From: a virus
IMG/VR virus record: IMGVR_UViG_3300022205_000002
Direction: 5' to 3' (one strand)
Length of the DNA: 59,926 nucleotides
Position numbers and translations under genes: made by a program. Under the pieces are notes generated by a model that worked only from the letters and a program-made list of their open reading frames with translations, searched no databases and was not told the DNA's origin. This document shows, piece after piece, positions 40,525 to 50,526 of this stretch (its first letter is position 1; each line of letters starts with the position of its first letter).

Positions 40525-41271
40525 TCAAAGTAGCTTTATAGACGGATTGATAACAGTGAGCGGGTGATTCTGTCCGGCCTTTCCGGGGAATACGCCGTTG
40601 CCGATTCTTACCCATTCAAGCCTTTTATAACCGCCCCAAGTTTTAGTTTCATTATTGCCACTAAAAATCAAATCTCTTTGGCCGTCACACGATATAACCA
40701 TCGACGCGCTTCTGGTATTCCACGATATAACAACGTCGTAATATTTATCAGGATTGAAATTTATAAGGTTATCTTGATGTTCCATTATAGCGTCGGCGCT
40801 CTCACAATGGCGCTGGCCTTGTCTTATACAAGACGGATCGCCGAAGCGTTGCGATATCAATCTAACCTGTACGTCACGCCCTTCGTTATTGTAAATATGA
40901 AATTGCAGATTTGCTTCGGTGTTATAATTTGTAATACCCATGAGCATAAACAAGAAGCCGTCATTATCGGATGGAAAACTTGAACCGTTCAATCCGTGCA
41001 GTGTAAATCTTATAACGCCGTCATAAGCTCGCGAATCCTTGCCAAAGTCACTATCATCAAACTGAAGGTATCCGCCGTTATTTGGCCCATATATAAATTT
41101 AAAGGTATCCGGCTTGGGTTTGGGCTTTGGCTTGGGTTCCGGTTTTGTATCAGGTTTTTCAGGCTCTGGAATTGGCTTGGTATCCGGCAACGGATCAGGC
41201 TTGGGAGTTTCGGTATTATCACGGACAAAAAACCTTATAAGTAATTGCAGTATTTCAATAAATATTTTCAT
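40525..41271 (-). CDS. Membrane-anchored protein with a Pro/Lys-rich linker and a beta-rich C-terminal domain
   Basis: 248 aa. An N-terminal hydrophobic helix, then ETPKPDPLPDTKPIPEPEKPDTKPEPKPKPKPKPD, then a globular domain. Confidence 0.55.
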   Translation of the reverse strand: MKIFIEILQLLIRFFVRDNTETPKPDPLPDTKPIPEPEKPDTKPEPKPKPKPKPDTFKFIYGPNNGGYLQFDDSDFGKDSRAYDGVIRFTLHGLNGSSFPSDNDGFLFMLMGITNYNTEANLQFHIYNNEGRDVQVRLISQRFGDPSCIRQGQRHCESADAIMEHQDNLINFNPDKYYDVVISWNTRSASMVISCDGQRDLIFSGNNETKTWGGYKRLEWVRIGNGVFPGKAGQNHPLTVINPSIKLL

Positions 41272-41675
41272 GTTTTACTTGCCTCTTCCTTTAAATTTGG
41301 TCTGATTATTTCTATAATTCTTTTTAGCAATATTTCAATCCTACCAAGCTCCGTCTTTACTTGCGCCGCCGTCATTGCATCAACTCGCGCCTGCGTCGCT
41401 TGATCAGTTTCGTTAAGTAGATTCAAGACTTGATTTTTAATAGCGGCCAGCGCCACGTTAGGGCGGTTTATGACTTCCTGCCTTAATGACACTATAGCGT
41501 CTATATCAGCTTGCTGTTTTAGAACTACGGTGTTACCGTCATATTCAAGAAATTCCAGATCACTATGAGGCATTTCTGAAACGTCAACAGCTATAATAGT
41601 AATATCATCGGACGGATATTTATCTTCACCAGCGGATAAAACTTTTCCTGTAATTGTATCTACTCTAACTTTCAT
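41268..41675 (-). CDS. Hypothetical tail-fibre-associated protein (135 aa)
   Basis: Start taken at MKVRVDT, overlapping the upstream stop as ATGA. Confidence 0.5.
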   Translation of the reverse strand: MKVRVDTITGKVLSAGEDKYPSDDITIIAVDVSEMPHSDLEFLEYDGNTVVLKQQADIDAIVSLRQEVINRPNVALAAIKNQVLNLLNETDQATQARVDAMTAAQVKTELGRIEILLKRIIEIIRPNLKEEASKT

Positions 41676-42799
41676 ATACCCTCGTACCAGCCGGAACAAT
41701 ACAATGTTACTGTACCTGTTCCACTGCTTCTTAAATAAGTATGTTGTTGTGAAGTATTCAATATTATATTGAACGTTATAAAATCACTGGCTGCGCCGCC
41801 TATAGGTATATTGGAACCATAACCAGCCGTAGTTGAATACCCCAGATAAAATAAAGCGTTTGCGGTATTGGTTAGAGCCGTTCCACGCATTGCTATGGCT
41901 GTTGCCGGTAATGGCACGGTTGATGTTTGATACGGTGTAACAGTTGTAGCAGTCGCCGCCGATCCGGCGGTTAAATAATTAACAAACGCTAGCATTGATA
42001 TATGATTATCAACCTGCGCCAGTTTCAAAAGATCGCCTGATCCATCGTTATAAGTAGAACTGATGCGCCTTTTATATGTATACCCTGCTGGCATAGTTGG
42101 AGCAGTAGCGCTTAAAGATAGCAAAAGATTACTGCCACTCGTGCCGAAAATAACATATAAATAATATTGAGTTGAGTTAGCTTCAGAGCCTGTATCCAAT
42201 CCACCCGCGCCACTTACTGTCAAATCGACGCTATCACTAAAGCTTTTAATTTCATGCATATTACCATAATCATCATGAACCGTAATAGCGTCGGCGGTAA
42301 CATCTATTTGATACGTGGGATTTGTCACATTGTTAATTACTCGTAGATTACGATAGGAACCACTGGAAGCGTGATCAACAGCGCTATTTGCGGTCAGCGC
42401 CCAATTGCCGGAACCTAAATGGATGAATTCAACAAAATCATTTGCGGCTATCAGGCAATCCTTACCTTGCGGCATTATAAAAGACGTGGCGTTGTGAGTA
42501 AGTGTAAGATTACCAGAGAATTTTACTTTTACAGTAACTCCGGTAGCTATAGAGCTTCCGCCGGAAGTAGTTCCTGCAATACCTGCCACCGTAGTAGTAC
42601 CGGTAACTATAAAATAGTTTTCATCATCTGGAACCGATATACTCGATGCCGACGCGACGTTAGAACCGCCAGACCATTTATGCCTCCCTGTATTATCGTG
42701 AAAAGTATTAGCTAGTCTATTTAAACTATCTACTCTTTCCGGGTGACCTGTTCCAGTTGCGTATTCATTATACCTAATTCTTTTATCAGTATCTGCCAT
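41672..42799 (-). CDS. Tail fibre / receptor-binding-like protein
   Basis: 375 aa, rich in Gly/Thr/Ser/Ala beta-type sequence, at the distal end of the tail module. Confidence 0.45.
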   Translation of the reverse strand: MADTDKRIRYNEYATGTGHPERVDSLNRLANTFHDNTGRHKWSGGSNVASASSISVPDDENYFIVTGTTTVAGIAGTTSGGSSIATGVTVKVKFSGNLTLTHNATSFIMPQGKDCLIAANDFVEFIHLGSGNWALTANSAVDHASSGSYRNLRVINNVTNPTYQIDVTADAITVHDDYGNMHEIKSFSDSVDLTVSGAGGLDTGSEANSTQYYLYVIFGTSGSNLLLSLSATAPTMPAGYTYKRRISSTYNDGSGDLLKLAQVDNHISMLAFVNYLTAGSAATATTVTPYQTSTVPLPATAIAMRGTALTNTANALFYLGYSTTAGYGSNIPIGGAASDFITFNIILNTSQQHTYLRSSGTGTVTLYCSGWYEGI

Positions 42800-42841
42800 T
42801 ATTATATCCTGTTATTATAATAGTTTATTATACCATAATTT

Positions 42842-44140
42842 TTAAGACGGTAATTCATACAACGAACCATCAGGGAATTCATAAGCGGAACCATCGCTAT
42901 ATTGTAGATATCTAGGTACATAATCCCTATCTCCGCAAGCTTTTCTGGAGCCGTCAGCTTGAACAGTACCGTCAGCTTTCCAGCATAGTGTTTTATAAAA
43001 TCCTGTATCTAGGCATCTAAATTCTAGGACACCTTTATTAAAATCGTAGTTTATATCTATAATCTCTAGTATTGCATTGGATAGCGCCATGCCTTCACTA
43101 TCATAAAGTTCATCTATAGATGCTACTACGTAATCCCCGGCGTTAAGATGTACACGTTTGAGCGTATTATCTTTTATATATATTTCCCAAACTTTACTTT
43201 GTGTATTCTGTCTGTTTACTAGTAATGATTGTATATTAACAGCGTCATTAATATTTCTACACCAGTAAAGCGGAAACGCTTCCGACGGCTTGCGCGTACC
43301 GTATATATTTATAGATGCTGTATCGCTTGCGGCGATAGTATCTGTTATGCTATTAAAATCTTTTTTTGCATAATTGTATGAGTACCGTATTGGTATCCTA
43401 TTAAGAATATTTTCATATCTAATATTTGCTGATATGAAACTCATATCGCCTTTATCAATAATGTCCACCACTTCCCCGTATAACTCCAAACTACTTGAAG
43501 TCTTCATACGAAAAACTATTTTATTATTGTTATTGATCAATACCCCGCCGTTAAATGAACTCATCATTAACGTCAATGTTTCCCATATAACATTATCTTC
43601 CACGATAGCGCCAGCGGCGGTATAATCGGCATCAATAAATTTATTTTTTGTTACAGCTTTATACGTTGAATCAATATCTCCATCCGTAACACCGCTATCA
43701 GTCTCATTAACTAGATAATCAATAAGTATATCTACTATGTTCTCCATTAGCACGTTTGAGCCGGGGCTAGTTGGCTTGCCTTTTCCAGTAACTGTTATAT
43801 TACTGTTACTGGTAGGCGATGATGAAAAAGTAATAGATGATATTATACCTTCACTTTCAAAGTTGTGGCTGTGATTAAATGTATAATTTGCCGGGTTCAC
43901 CAATACATCATCATCATATACAGCGATAGAATTTCCATTTGCTACACTCAACGTTTCATGGGAAGCAAAGCAAAAGACCTCCGCCCCCGGCGTTGTATCG
44001 ATACACGGAGCGCTCCAGTTGCCCGTATTACCGTCAGTCATATCACCGTATATTATTGGCAGTCTATCATTAGTATTTTCGGGAGTCGTGTATCTTCCCG
44101 CGCGCGATAGATAGAATGTTTCAAATAAATTATATGACAT
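42842..44140 (-). CDS. Tail tip / baseplate-like protein
   Basis: 432 aa. Called from its position two genes after the tape measure and an N-terminal ...DRLPIIYGDM... motif of the tail-tip type. Confidence 0.45.
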   Translation of the reverse strand: MSYNLFETFYLSRAGRYTTPENTNDRLPIIYGDMTDGNTGNWSAPCIDTTPGAEVFCFASHETLSVANGNSIAVYDDDVLVNPANYTFNHSHNFESEGIISSITFSSSPTSNSNITVTGKGKPTSPGSNVLMENIVDILIDYLVNETDSGVTDGDIDSTYKAVTKNKFIDADYTAAGAIVEDNVIWETLTLMMSSFNGGVLINNNNKIVFRMKTSSSLELYGEVVDIIDKGDMSFISANIRYENILNRIPIRYSYNYAKKDFNSITDTIAASDTASINIYGTRKPSEAFPLYWCRNINDAVNIQSLLVNRQNTQSKVWEIYIKDNTLKRVHLNAGDYVVASIDELYDSEGMALSNAILEIIDINYDFNKGVLEFRCLDTGFYKTLCWKADGTVQADGSRKACGDRDYVPRYLQYSDGSAYEFPDGSLYELPS

Positions 44141-44141
44141 A

Positions 44142-44645
44142 TCAGGCTTCTATTGCTGTAAGACTTACCAGCGTTTGAGTTAGTTGTATATCGGTTATAA
44201 TACCACGAAATAATATTATATGTTCCGACGCGTCGATATCCTCAAAACCAAGCTTTAAATATAATGGCCTTGATATAAAAGGTTCAGAAGCCATCAAAGC
44301 GCTTAACTTTAAATCCGTATTATCAAGTGTGACCGTAAATGATCCTTGGCGCTTGCTGGAAAAGGCAGATAATAAATCCTGTTGTTTCGCCGCTATTGTA
44401 TCCGTCAATCTTCCATACTGTTTTACGCGTTTATCGCGAGATAACATATAAACATCGCCACCAGCCAGTACAGTACCATCAGCCAACCAAGTACCGTCAG
44501 CAAGGCGGCCCACACTTATAGCGTCTTCTGATACTGATTCTTCAGCATACGCTCGTGTTCCCATATGCGTTTTTATTTCTATATAAGCTTCGGGTGATTC
44601 GCCTCTTAATACTCTATTATGAAAATTTATAGACGTATTAATCAT
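44142..44645 (-). CDS. Tail structural protein (167 aa)
   Basis: Coupled to its neighbours within the tail module. Confidence 0.5.
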   Translation of the reverse strand: MINTSINFHNRVLRGESPEAYIEIKTHMGTRAYAEESVSEDAISVGRLADGTWLADGTVLAGGDVYMLSRDKRVKQYGRLTDTIAAKQQDLLSAFSSKRQGSFTVTLDNTDLKLSALMASEPFISRPLYLKLGFEDIDASEHIILFRGIITDIQLTQTLVSLTAIEA

Positions 44646-45736
44646 GAGCTTGTTTTTGCTACCTCTATCATATCGACCGGTATATTGTAGTATTTTACCG
44701 AAGCATTATTAAATACAAGTGTCGCAGATAGAGTATCAAATTCCATCAACCAAAAGTCATTAGTATTATTAGCGTCCAAGTTATACCATACCGGATTTAT
44801 TGTCTCCGCCGTCTTATTCGTTATTGTAGTAAGCATAGTTTCAAACGATGTTAAATCGGTATCGGTTACATAACTATAAGTACCTTTTATAGTATTCCTT
44901 ATACCGTGAAAACGTTTTCTAACATTGCCGTATTCGTTTTCCTCATCCAATATACTTAAACGTTTAGCTCGCGTATGTTTTTGGTCTATGGTCTTTGACG
45001 GCTGAAAATATTCACCTAGAAATATTTCACCAATTTTTAAAAATCCGTCGCTGTTTCCTATGTCTGTTATTGATAATCGCACAAAGCGTAAAGTCGGAGA
45101 AGAGGCCAGATACTGTAATATTTTTTCAGACTTCCAAGTTATAGATTCTGAAAATGTTGGAGCGCCCCAGCTATCAGTTGCATTAGCTTCAAGAAGTATA
45201 GTAGCGCCGCTAGTAAAATTATGATCACCTATTATTAGAGTGCTGAAAGTTTGCGCGGTTCCGATATCAAAGACAAGGCGTATAGTTGAGGACGCGTCTA
45301 CGCTTCTATATTGTGTATCCCTGTCATAGTCGTATAGTTTACTACTGGAAAACCGGTTGACAGTTTTAAAATACCACTTGTCATACAAGTTAAAATCGTT
45401 TCCAGTTCCGGATTGAAACGTGATATAAACGCCGTTATTAAGTAGTATAGGCGTTGCGGCTGTCGCTACTCCTTCAGCTTCCCAGCCTACACTATCGCTG
45501 TTTTTCCATTTAAATGTGGCTTGCGCTATTTCCGCTCCGGCGGTCACATCATCTATTTCTATAGTATAACTTAAATCCTTATCCTGATTATAAGTTCCGG
45601 AAGTTGTCATTGTAGCGCTTCCGGCTCCATCCTTTAACGTAGAGCTGATAATACCATCGGTAACAGAAGATGGAGTTATAGTTGTAGATGTATTTATAAG
45701 ATTGTTGTATAAAAATCTTGAATATCCAGTTGCCAT
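44642..45736 (-). CDS. Distal tail protein candidate (364 aa)
   Basis: Immediately follows the tape measure gene, with its start overlapping that gene's stop. Confidence 0.45.
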   Translation of the reverse strand: MATGYSRFLYNNLINTSTTITPSSVTDGIISSTLKDGAGSATMTTSGTYNQDKDLSYTIEIDDVTAGAEIAQATFKWKNSDSVGWEAEGVATAATPILLNNGVYITFQSGTGNDFNLYDKWYFKTVNRFSSSKLYDYDRDTQYRSVDASSTIRLVFDIGTAQTFSTLIIGDHNFTSGATILLEANATDSWGAPTFSESITWKSEKILQYLASSPTLRFVRLSITDIGNSDGFLKIGEIFLGEYFQPSKTIDQKHTRAKRLSILDEENEYGNVRKRFHGIRNTIKGTYSYVTDTDLTSFETMLTTITNKTAETINPVWYNLDANNTNDFWLMEFDTLSATLVFNNASVKYYNIPVDMIEVAKTSS

Positions 45737-48700
45737 TATCTTAATCCGTGCGTCATAAGTTTACGCTTTCTTAAGCCTATCTCTATAGCGTCCAATAGTT
45801 CCATTTCACTAACGACCGTGCCGCCCACGTTTACAACGATGCTCGGCATCGAATTTAACGGCCTCACTTCTTCCGGCCCGCTCTCGCCTATCATGGCAAG
45901 TGTAGGCTTGTCAACAATTCCACCATTTCCAAGTTGTGGTATGAATAGATCAGCGCCACCTCCAAAACTGGCCGCCCCTGCTCCGGGAGCCACTCCAGCT
46001 GCATGCTTGAACATATTATTATTAGAGCTATGGCCTATTAAATCCCATACTCTGTCTATAGCTTCGCGCCACATTTCACCCCACCAGTTATTATTGGATC
46101 CACCGCCGCCTCCTATAATTTTATTTATAGTATCGCCGATATCTCCCAATATACTAGCAGTACCAGATATTCCACCAAGTCCTAAAGAGTTAGCTACATC
46201 TTTTGTCAATACAAATTCACCCGGAGTTAGCATTGCTGGCACACTATCAGAATTGCCTACTCCCGGAACTGGCCCGCCTTGTGAGAATGACAGAAATGGT
46301 ATATCAATATTAAGCATTTTTTCAATGCTACCTTGTCCGCCGTACTTTCCCCAATCTATTTTTAACTGTAATAACTTTTTAAAATCAAATGTCTTTTTAA
46401 CCTGCTCCCATAGATTGCCTATAGCATTTTTAGCGGAAGACCATATTTGTCCGCCTTTTTCTTTAACCCATGTCCACAATTGACTAGTAAGATTGCCTAT
46501 CGCCGTTTTAATACTCTCCCAAGCCTTGGGGCCTTTGTCTTTTATCCATTCCCATATTCTACTAAGACCGTTCACAATAGCCTTATAAGTAACCTCCAGT
46601 GATACAAGAACGGAGCGATACAAGGATGTTATTAACCTAGGTATCATTTCAATTATAGCGTCTATCAAGGTTCCAGCTAGATCAGTTATCATGTCTGATA
46701 ACTCTGGCGACATGTCAGTTAATGCGTCTATAATATCCGGTATTTTACTTATTATTGACGTTATAAGCGTCATAACTATTTTCAATAGCGCCGGTATTAT
46801 TAGATGTATATTGTCTATAATAAAATCTATTAACGCCATTATAATATCTACGATAGCGGCCACTATAATATCAAGATTATCAACAATAGCCTGAAGCAAT
46901 GTTTTAATTATTTGCACAAATACAGGTATAAGTTTTTTAACAAGTTTTACAAGACTATCGATTATATCCGGTAAATACTCTATCGTCTTGTCTATAAATG
47001 TCGGTATTTCAGATATAAGATAATCAATAATATCCATAATAGCTGGAATTATCTTATCAAGATTGTCACCCAGCGCTTTAATAAACGATTTTATTATATT
47101 TAAAAATGCCGGTAATATCTTAGGTATTCCAGATACAAGAGCGTCAATTATAGCTCCAGCGTTATCGGCTATTGCTTGCGCCACTTTCGGCGCTGCTTCG
47201 ATTATACGATTTATAATATTGGGCAAGTCGGCGGCCAGACTGTCAAGCGCTTCAGGAAATGATTCAACACTATTGGCCAAGTCCTCAAAGAATCCGCGCA
47301 TTTTTTGAGGCAATGTAATAATGGTATCAAAAGCGCTTATCAATACATTATAAAGCATAGTAACGCCTTGCTCTAATGTATTGAGCATATAAGATACACC
47401 GCTAGTCAAACCATCTATCAGACTTGTTGTCAATTGGCCCGCCATGTCACTGACTAAAAGTATACCGGCGGCCTTTGATTCCCCGAATGCGCCTACCAGC
47501 GCCGTTGTCATTTTACCGCGTATACTACTTATCAAATCTCTAACGCTGGTGTTATATCCGCCGTAAAACTTACCTAAATCAACGGCGGCTTTTACTCTTA
47601 TCCCCTTTGCTGATCGTCGCTCAAGATCATGAAAGAAACTTTCAAATTCATCCCTGCCATGCTCAACGCTATCGGTTATACTTTTCTTATAGCCTTCCTC
47701 ATCCCAAGGATTGACCATCTTCATTTTATTTATTTCATGAATAGCGCCGGACAAATCCACGTAAGCAGCCGTTAGTTTTTTAACCGCGCTAGATGATGCG
47801 CTACTAGCGCCAACAACTGCGTTTTTCTTAGCGGTTTCGGCGGTTTTTGTATCTCTTAAATCCCTGTTTCTAGCTCCCGCCATATTGGCGTAGAAATTTT
47901 CGCCTATCTTGTCCAAACCTTCAAAAGTAATAGCGCCCTGCGCGCCTATTTCCTTGAATCCCTCTGCTGTTTCTTCAGCGGTTTTAGATACCGCATCCGA
48001 TACGCCAGATATTTTATTTCTAAACTGTTCTATAGAAATAGTGATATCTTTTAAAGCGGAATCCATTCCCGGTATTTTCGAGAGCGCTTTTAAAAATATT
48101 TCTACCGCTAAAACCGCTCCTTCAAACGCTCCGACAAGGCCTATAATGACGGCATCCATCAATAATCTTATGCCTTGAGTAACCCACTTTATGGATGTAA
48201 TAATTCCTATTAATACTTTACTGAATACGATACCGCCGTTAACAGCTAGCTCCAATCCTGTAGAGAATATCCCGGATAATGTTCCGCCACTTCTGTTTAC
48301 TTCATCATTAAAAAATCCAACCGTATCAGTAAGCACTCGGATAATAGCCCTGCCAGAATCGGCTTCGGTAAACGCTCCGCCCATAGATAACATCAAACCT
48401 TCAAAAGCGGAGGATAACAGCGTTACATCACCCCAGAAAGTATCAAGTTTAATGCGCGCCATTTTTTCAGCGCTCCCGGCGGCTCTATCGTTTTGTTCCG
48501 CAAGTGCGGCCATTGCGTCAGCGGCGGATTTTGCGGCCAACGCTGAACTAAAAGTGAATCTGCCAAATATATCCTGCGCGGCGGCGGCATCAATATTCTT
48601 TTCTTTCATATCCTTGAGAATATCGATAAAGGGCCTCATAGCGCCGTCGGCTGTCTTTAAAGTAATGCCGTATTTACTTAGAGCGTCTTGCGCTTTTCCT

Positions 48701-49497
48701 ACTGATTCTCCGTTTTCATCAATCGCGTCACTCGCTCCATTGGCGGCTGTAATAAGACGCGATAACATTTGTTTGTAGGCTTGGCCCGCCGTTTCCGCTT
48801 TTATACCCTGATTAGCCATACCTCCAAGTACGGCGGCCACTTGCTCTATAGTCTCACCCGTTGCAGCTGCTACTGGCCCTGCTATTCTTAACGCTCCAGC
48901 CAACTCCAGAATATTTGTATTGGAGCGGCTGGCGGTATTGGCCATCACGTCATTGACGCGGTTCAACTGATCTATCTCTAGTCCCATTCCGCCAAGTACA
49001 TTTGTAGCAAGGTCGGCAGCTGTGGCGATATCAATGCCACCAGCGGCGGCAAGATTCAAAACTCCGGGCAATGCGGCCATGGATTGTGTTGCATTCAATC
49101 CAGCCATACCTAGAAACTTTAGAGCATCGGCGGATTGCGTCGCAGTAAATACCGTAGTCTTGCCCATGGTTTGAGCAAGCGCCGACATGTCTTCGAAATT
49201 CTTACCTGTAGCGCCTGTAATAGCTGCCACATCCGCCATCGCTTGCTCAAAGTTGGCGGCGGTAGTTACCATAGCTCGGCTGAATTTAGCCAACTCGCCA
49301 ATTGCGAAAACAGCAGCTAAAGATTTCCCTACTTTTAACGCCATGCCGGTAAAACTGGCGCTAACTTTTTTCTCTATTCCTGCGCTAGTACCTTCAACTT
49401 GCGCTTTAGTCTTATTTAAATCTCTTTTAAGCGCTCCGGTATCTATACCGACTTTTAGTATCAGTTCGCCAAGTTCAGCGCCGCCGTCTAAAGCCAT
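45736..49497 (-). CDS. Tape measure protein
   Basis: 1253 aa, Ala/Gly/Ile-rich and helical, directly after the chaperone frameshift pair. Confidence 0.9.
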   Translation of the reverse strand: MALDGGAELGELILKVGIDTGALKRDLNKTKAQVEGTSAGIEKKVSASFTGMALKVGKSLAAVFAIGELAKFSRAMVTTAANFEQAMADVAAITGATGKNFEDMSALAQTMGKTTVFTATQSADALKFLGMAGLNATQSMAALPGVLNLAAAGGIDIATAADLATNVLGGMGLEIDQLNRVNDVMANTASRSNTNILELAGALRIAGPVAAATGETIEQVAAVLGGMANQGIKAETAGQAYKQMLSRLITAANGASDAIDENGESVGKAQDALSKYGITLKTADGAMRPFIDILKDMKEKNIDAAAAQDIFGRFTFSSALAAKSAADAMAALAEQNDRAAGSAEKMARIKLDTFWGDVTLLSSAFEGLMLSMGGAFTEADSGRAIIRVLTDTVGFFNDEVNRSGGTLSGIFSTGLELAVNGGIVFSKVLIGIITSIKWVTQGIRLLMDAVIIGLVGAFEGAVLAVEIFLKALSKIPGMDSALKDITISIEQFRNKISGVSDAVSKTAEETAEGFKEIGAQGAITFEGLDKIGENFYANMAGARNRDLRDTKTAETAKKNAVVGASSASSSAVKKLTAAYVDLSGAIHEINKMKMVNPWDEEGYKKSITDSVEHGRDEFESFFHDLERRSAKGIRVKAAVDLGKFYGGYNTSVRDLISSIRGKMTTALVGAFGESKAAGILLVSDMAGQLTTSLIDGLTSGVSYMLNTLEQGVTMLYNVLISAFDTIITLPQKMRGFFEDLANSVESFPEALDSLAADLPNIINRIIEAAPKVAQAIADNAGAIIDALVSGIPKILPAFLNIIKSFIKALGDNLDKIIPAIMDIIDYLISEIPTFIDKTIEYLPDIIDSLVKLVKKLIPVFVQIIKTLLQAIVDNLDIIVAAIVDIIMALIDFIIDNIHLIIPALLKIVMTLITSIISKIPDIIDALTDMSPELSDMITDLAGTLIDAIIEMIPRLITSLYRSVLVSLEVTYKAIVNGLSRIWEWIKDKGPKAWESIKTAIGNLTSQLWTWVKEKGGQIWSSAKNAIGNLWEQVKKTFDFKKLLQLKIDWGKYGGQGSIEKMLNIDIPFLSFSQGGPVPGVGNSDSVPAMLTPGEFVLTKDVANSLGLGGISGTASILGDIGDTINKIIGGGGGSNNNWWGEMWREAIDRVWDLIGHSSNNNMFKHAAGVAPGAGAASFGGGADLFIPQLGNGGIVDKPTLAMIGESGPEEVRPLNSMPSIVVNVGGTVVSEMELLDAIEIGLRKRKLMTHGLR

Positions 49498-49781
49498 TAT
49501 TTTTTACTTTCAACAGGTATAGGATAATATTTACTTCTCATAAATTTTATTATATCATCCTTTCCCAGTACAGGCTTTGTGGCCTTGTCTGTATTAAGCG
49601 TTGGTTTTTTACCAAATAAACAGCCTTGAACATTAGCTATTTGAGCTAATAAAAACATGGCCTGTTCAAACGTCAACTTGTCTATTTCATCTATAGTAAA
49701 ACCGTAAAAATGGGATAGACCAGCATAGAAAAATCGCCAGTCTAGGGATTCCCCTCCTGCTTCCTTTTGCGGGCTTTTCCC
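49497..49781 (-). CDS. -1 frameshift extension of the tail assembly chaperone (gpGT-like product)
   Basis: Slippery heptamer G_GGA_AAA (49781-49775) lies in the zero frame of 49742..50197. I checked by hand that the -1 frame is open from there (GKSPQKEAGGESLDWRFFYAGL...) to TAA at 49499-49497, which overlaps the tape-measure ATG. Confidence 0.65.
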   Translation of the reverse strand, partial: GKSPQKEAGGESLDWRFFYAGLSHFYGFTIDEIDKLTFEQAMFLLAQIANVQGCLFGKKPTLNTDKATKPVLGKDDIIKFMRSKYYPIPVESKK

Positions 49782-50197
49782 TCGGTCGCTTCTCCAGAGA
49801 TTGTTTCACCAACTTCTGTATTGAGTAGGCGCTGAAATGAAGTCATCATTTCTTTAATGCTATCAGTTGTAAGCATGGATATAAATTTATCATGCGTAAG
49901 TTCCGGGTGATTGATGTTAAGACATGTCCAAGCGGTATACAGACCGCCGTCAACGGTAGTCATAAAAGCTTCTGTGTCCTTATCGGTAACAGGCTTTAAG
50001 GTTTCCTTCACTATGTCGGCGCGTTCAGGACATTCCGGCAAAGTCTTGATTAACTCGGCGGCCTTTTCGATATTTTTACTTCTTACATACGAGCCTATTT
50101 TTTTAAATCCGCCCAAAGTAAGAGCGGACATTTTATAAGTTTTATCGCCAAGCTTTATATCAATTCCACTGGAGGCTGTACTCATGAGGTCATTCAT
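49742..50197 (-). CDS. Tail assembly chaperone (gpG-like)
   Basis: 151 aa. It lies immediately upstream of the tape measure and carries the slippery site near its 3' end. Confidence 0.65.
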   Translation of the reverse strand: MNDLMSTASSGIDIKLGDKTYKMSALTLGGFKKIGSYVRSKNIEKAAELIKTLPECPERADIVKETLKPVTDKDTEAFMTTVDGGLYTAWTCLNINHPELTHDKFISMLTTDSIKEMMTSFQRLLNTEVGETISGEATEGKARKRKQEGNP

Positions 50198-50199
50198 TA

Positions 50200-50523
50200 T
50201 TAATTCTCCTGTTTTTCAATCATAAAATTACTAGTTATTAATTTATTAAGCTCATTCGATCCGGGAAATATTATTACATTTTCCGAAGCTATTAACACCT
50301 CTTCATTATTTTCTATAACGAAGAATTTAGCTAAACATTTATTACCATCAATCTTGTCATTGAGCCACCACGTTTTGGCGGACGCAAACCATACCGATTT
50401 GGGAGCGGTTCCGGTTTTTACAGGCTTAAGGCCGATAGTCCATTGAATGAATCCACCGACTTTAATATTATTAACTATAAGTAACCCGTAATCGCCAGAC
50501 CTGCCTACGCTACTTTTATCCAT
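50200..50523 (-). CDS. Hypothetical tail-module protein (107 aa)
   Basis: Lies between the tube-like paralog and the chaperone. Confidence 0.5.
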   Translation of the reverse strand: MDKSSVGRSGDYGLLIVNNIKVGGFIQWTIGLKPVKTGTAPKSVWFASAKTWWLNDKIDGNKCLAKFFVIENNEEVLIASENVIIFPGSNELNKLITSNFMIEKQEN

Positions 50524-50526
50524 CTA

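Noticed and set aside
45818-46483. A 221-aa plus-strand ORF, with similar ones at 46691, 47063, 47909, 48191 (195 aa) and 49187, all antisense to the tape measure gene
   Set aside because: They are low-complexity Pro/Ser/Ala/Ile strings lying entirely inside a well-supported 1253-aa minus-strand gene. This is typical of antisense ORFs created by biased codon use. They have no RBS or motif.
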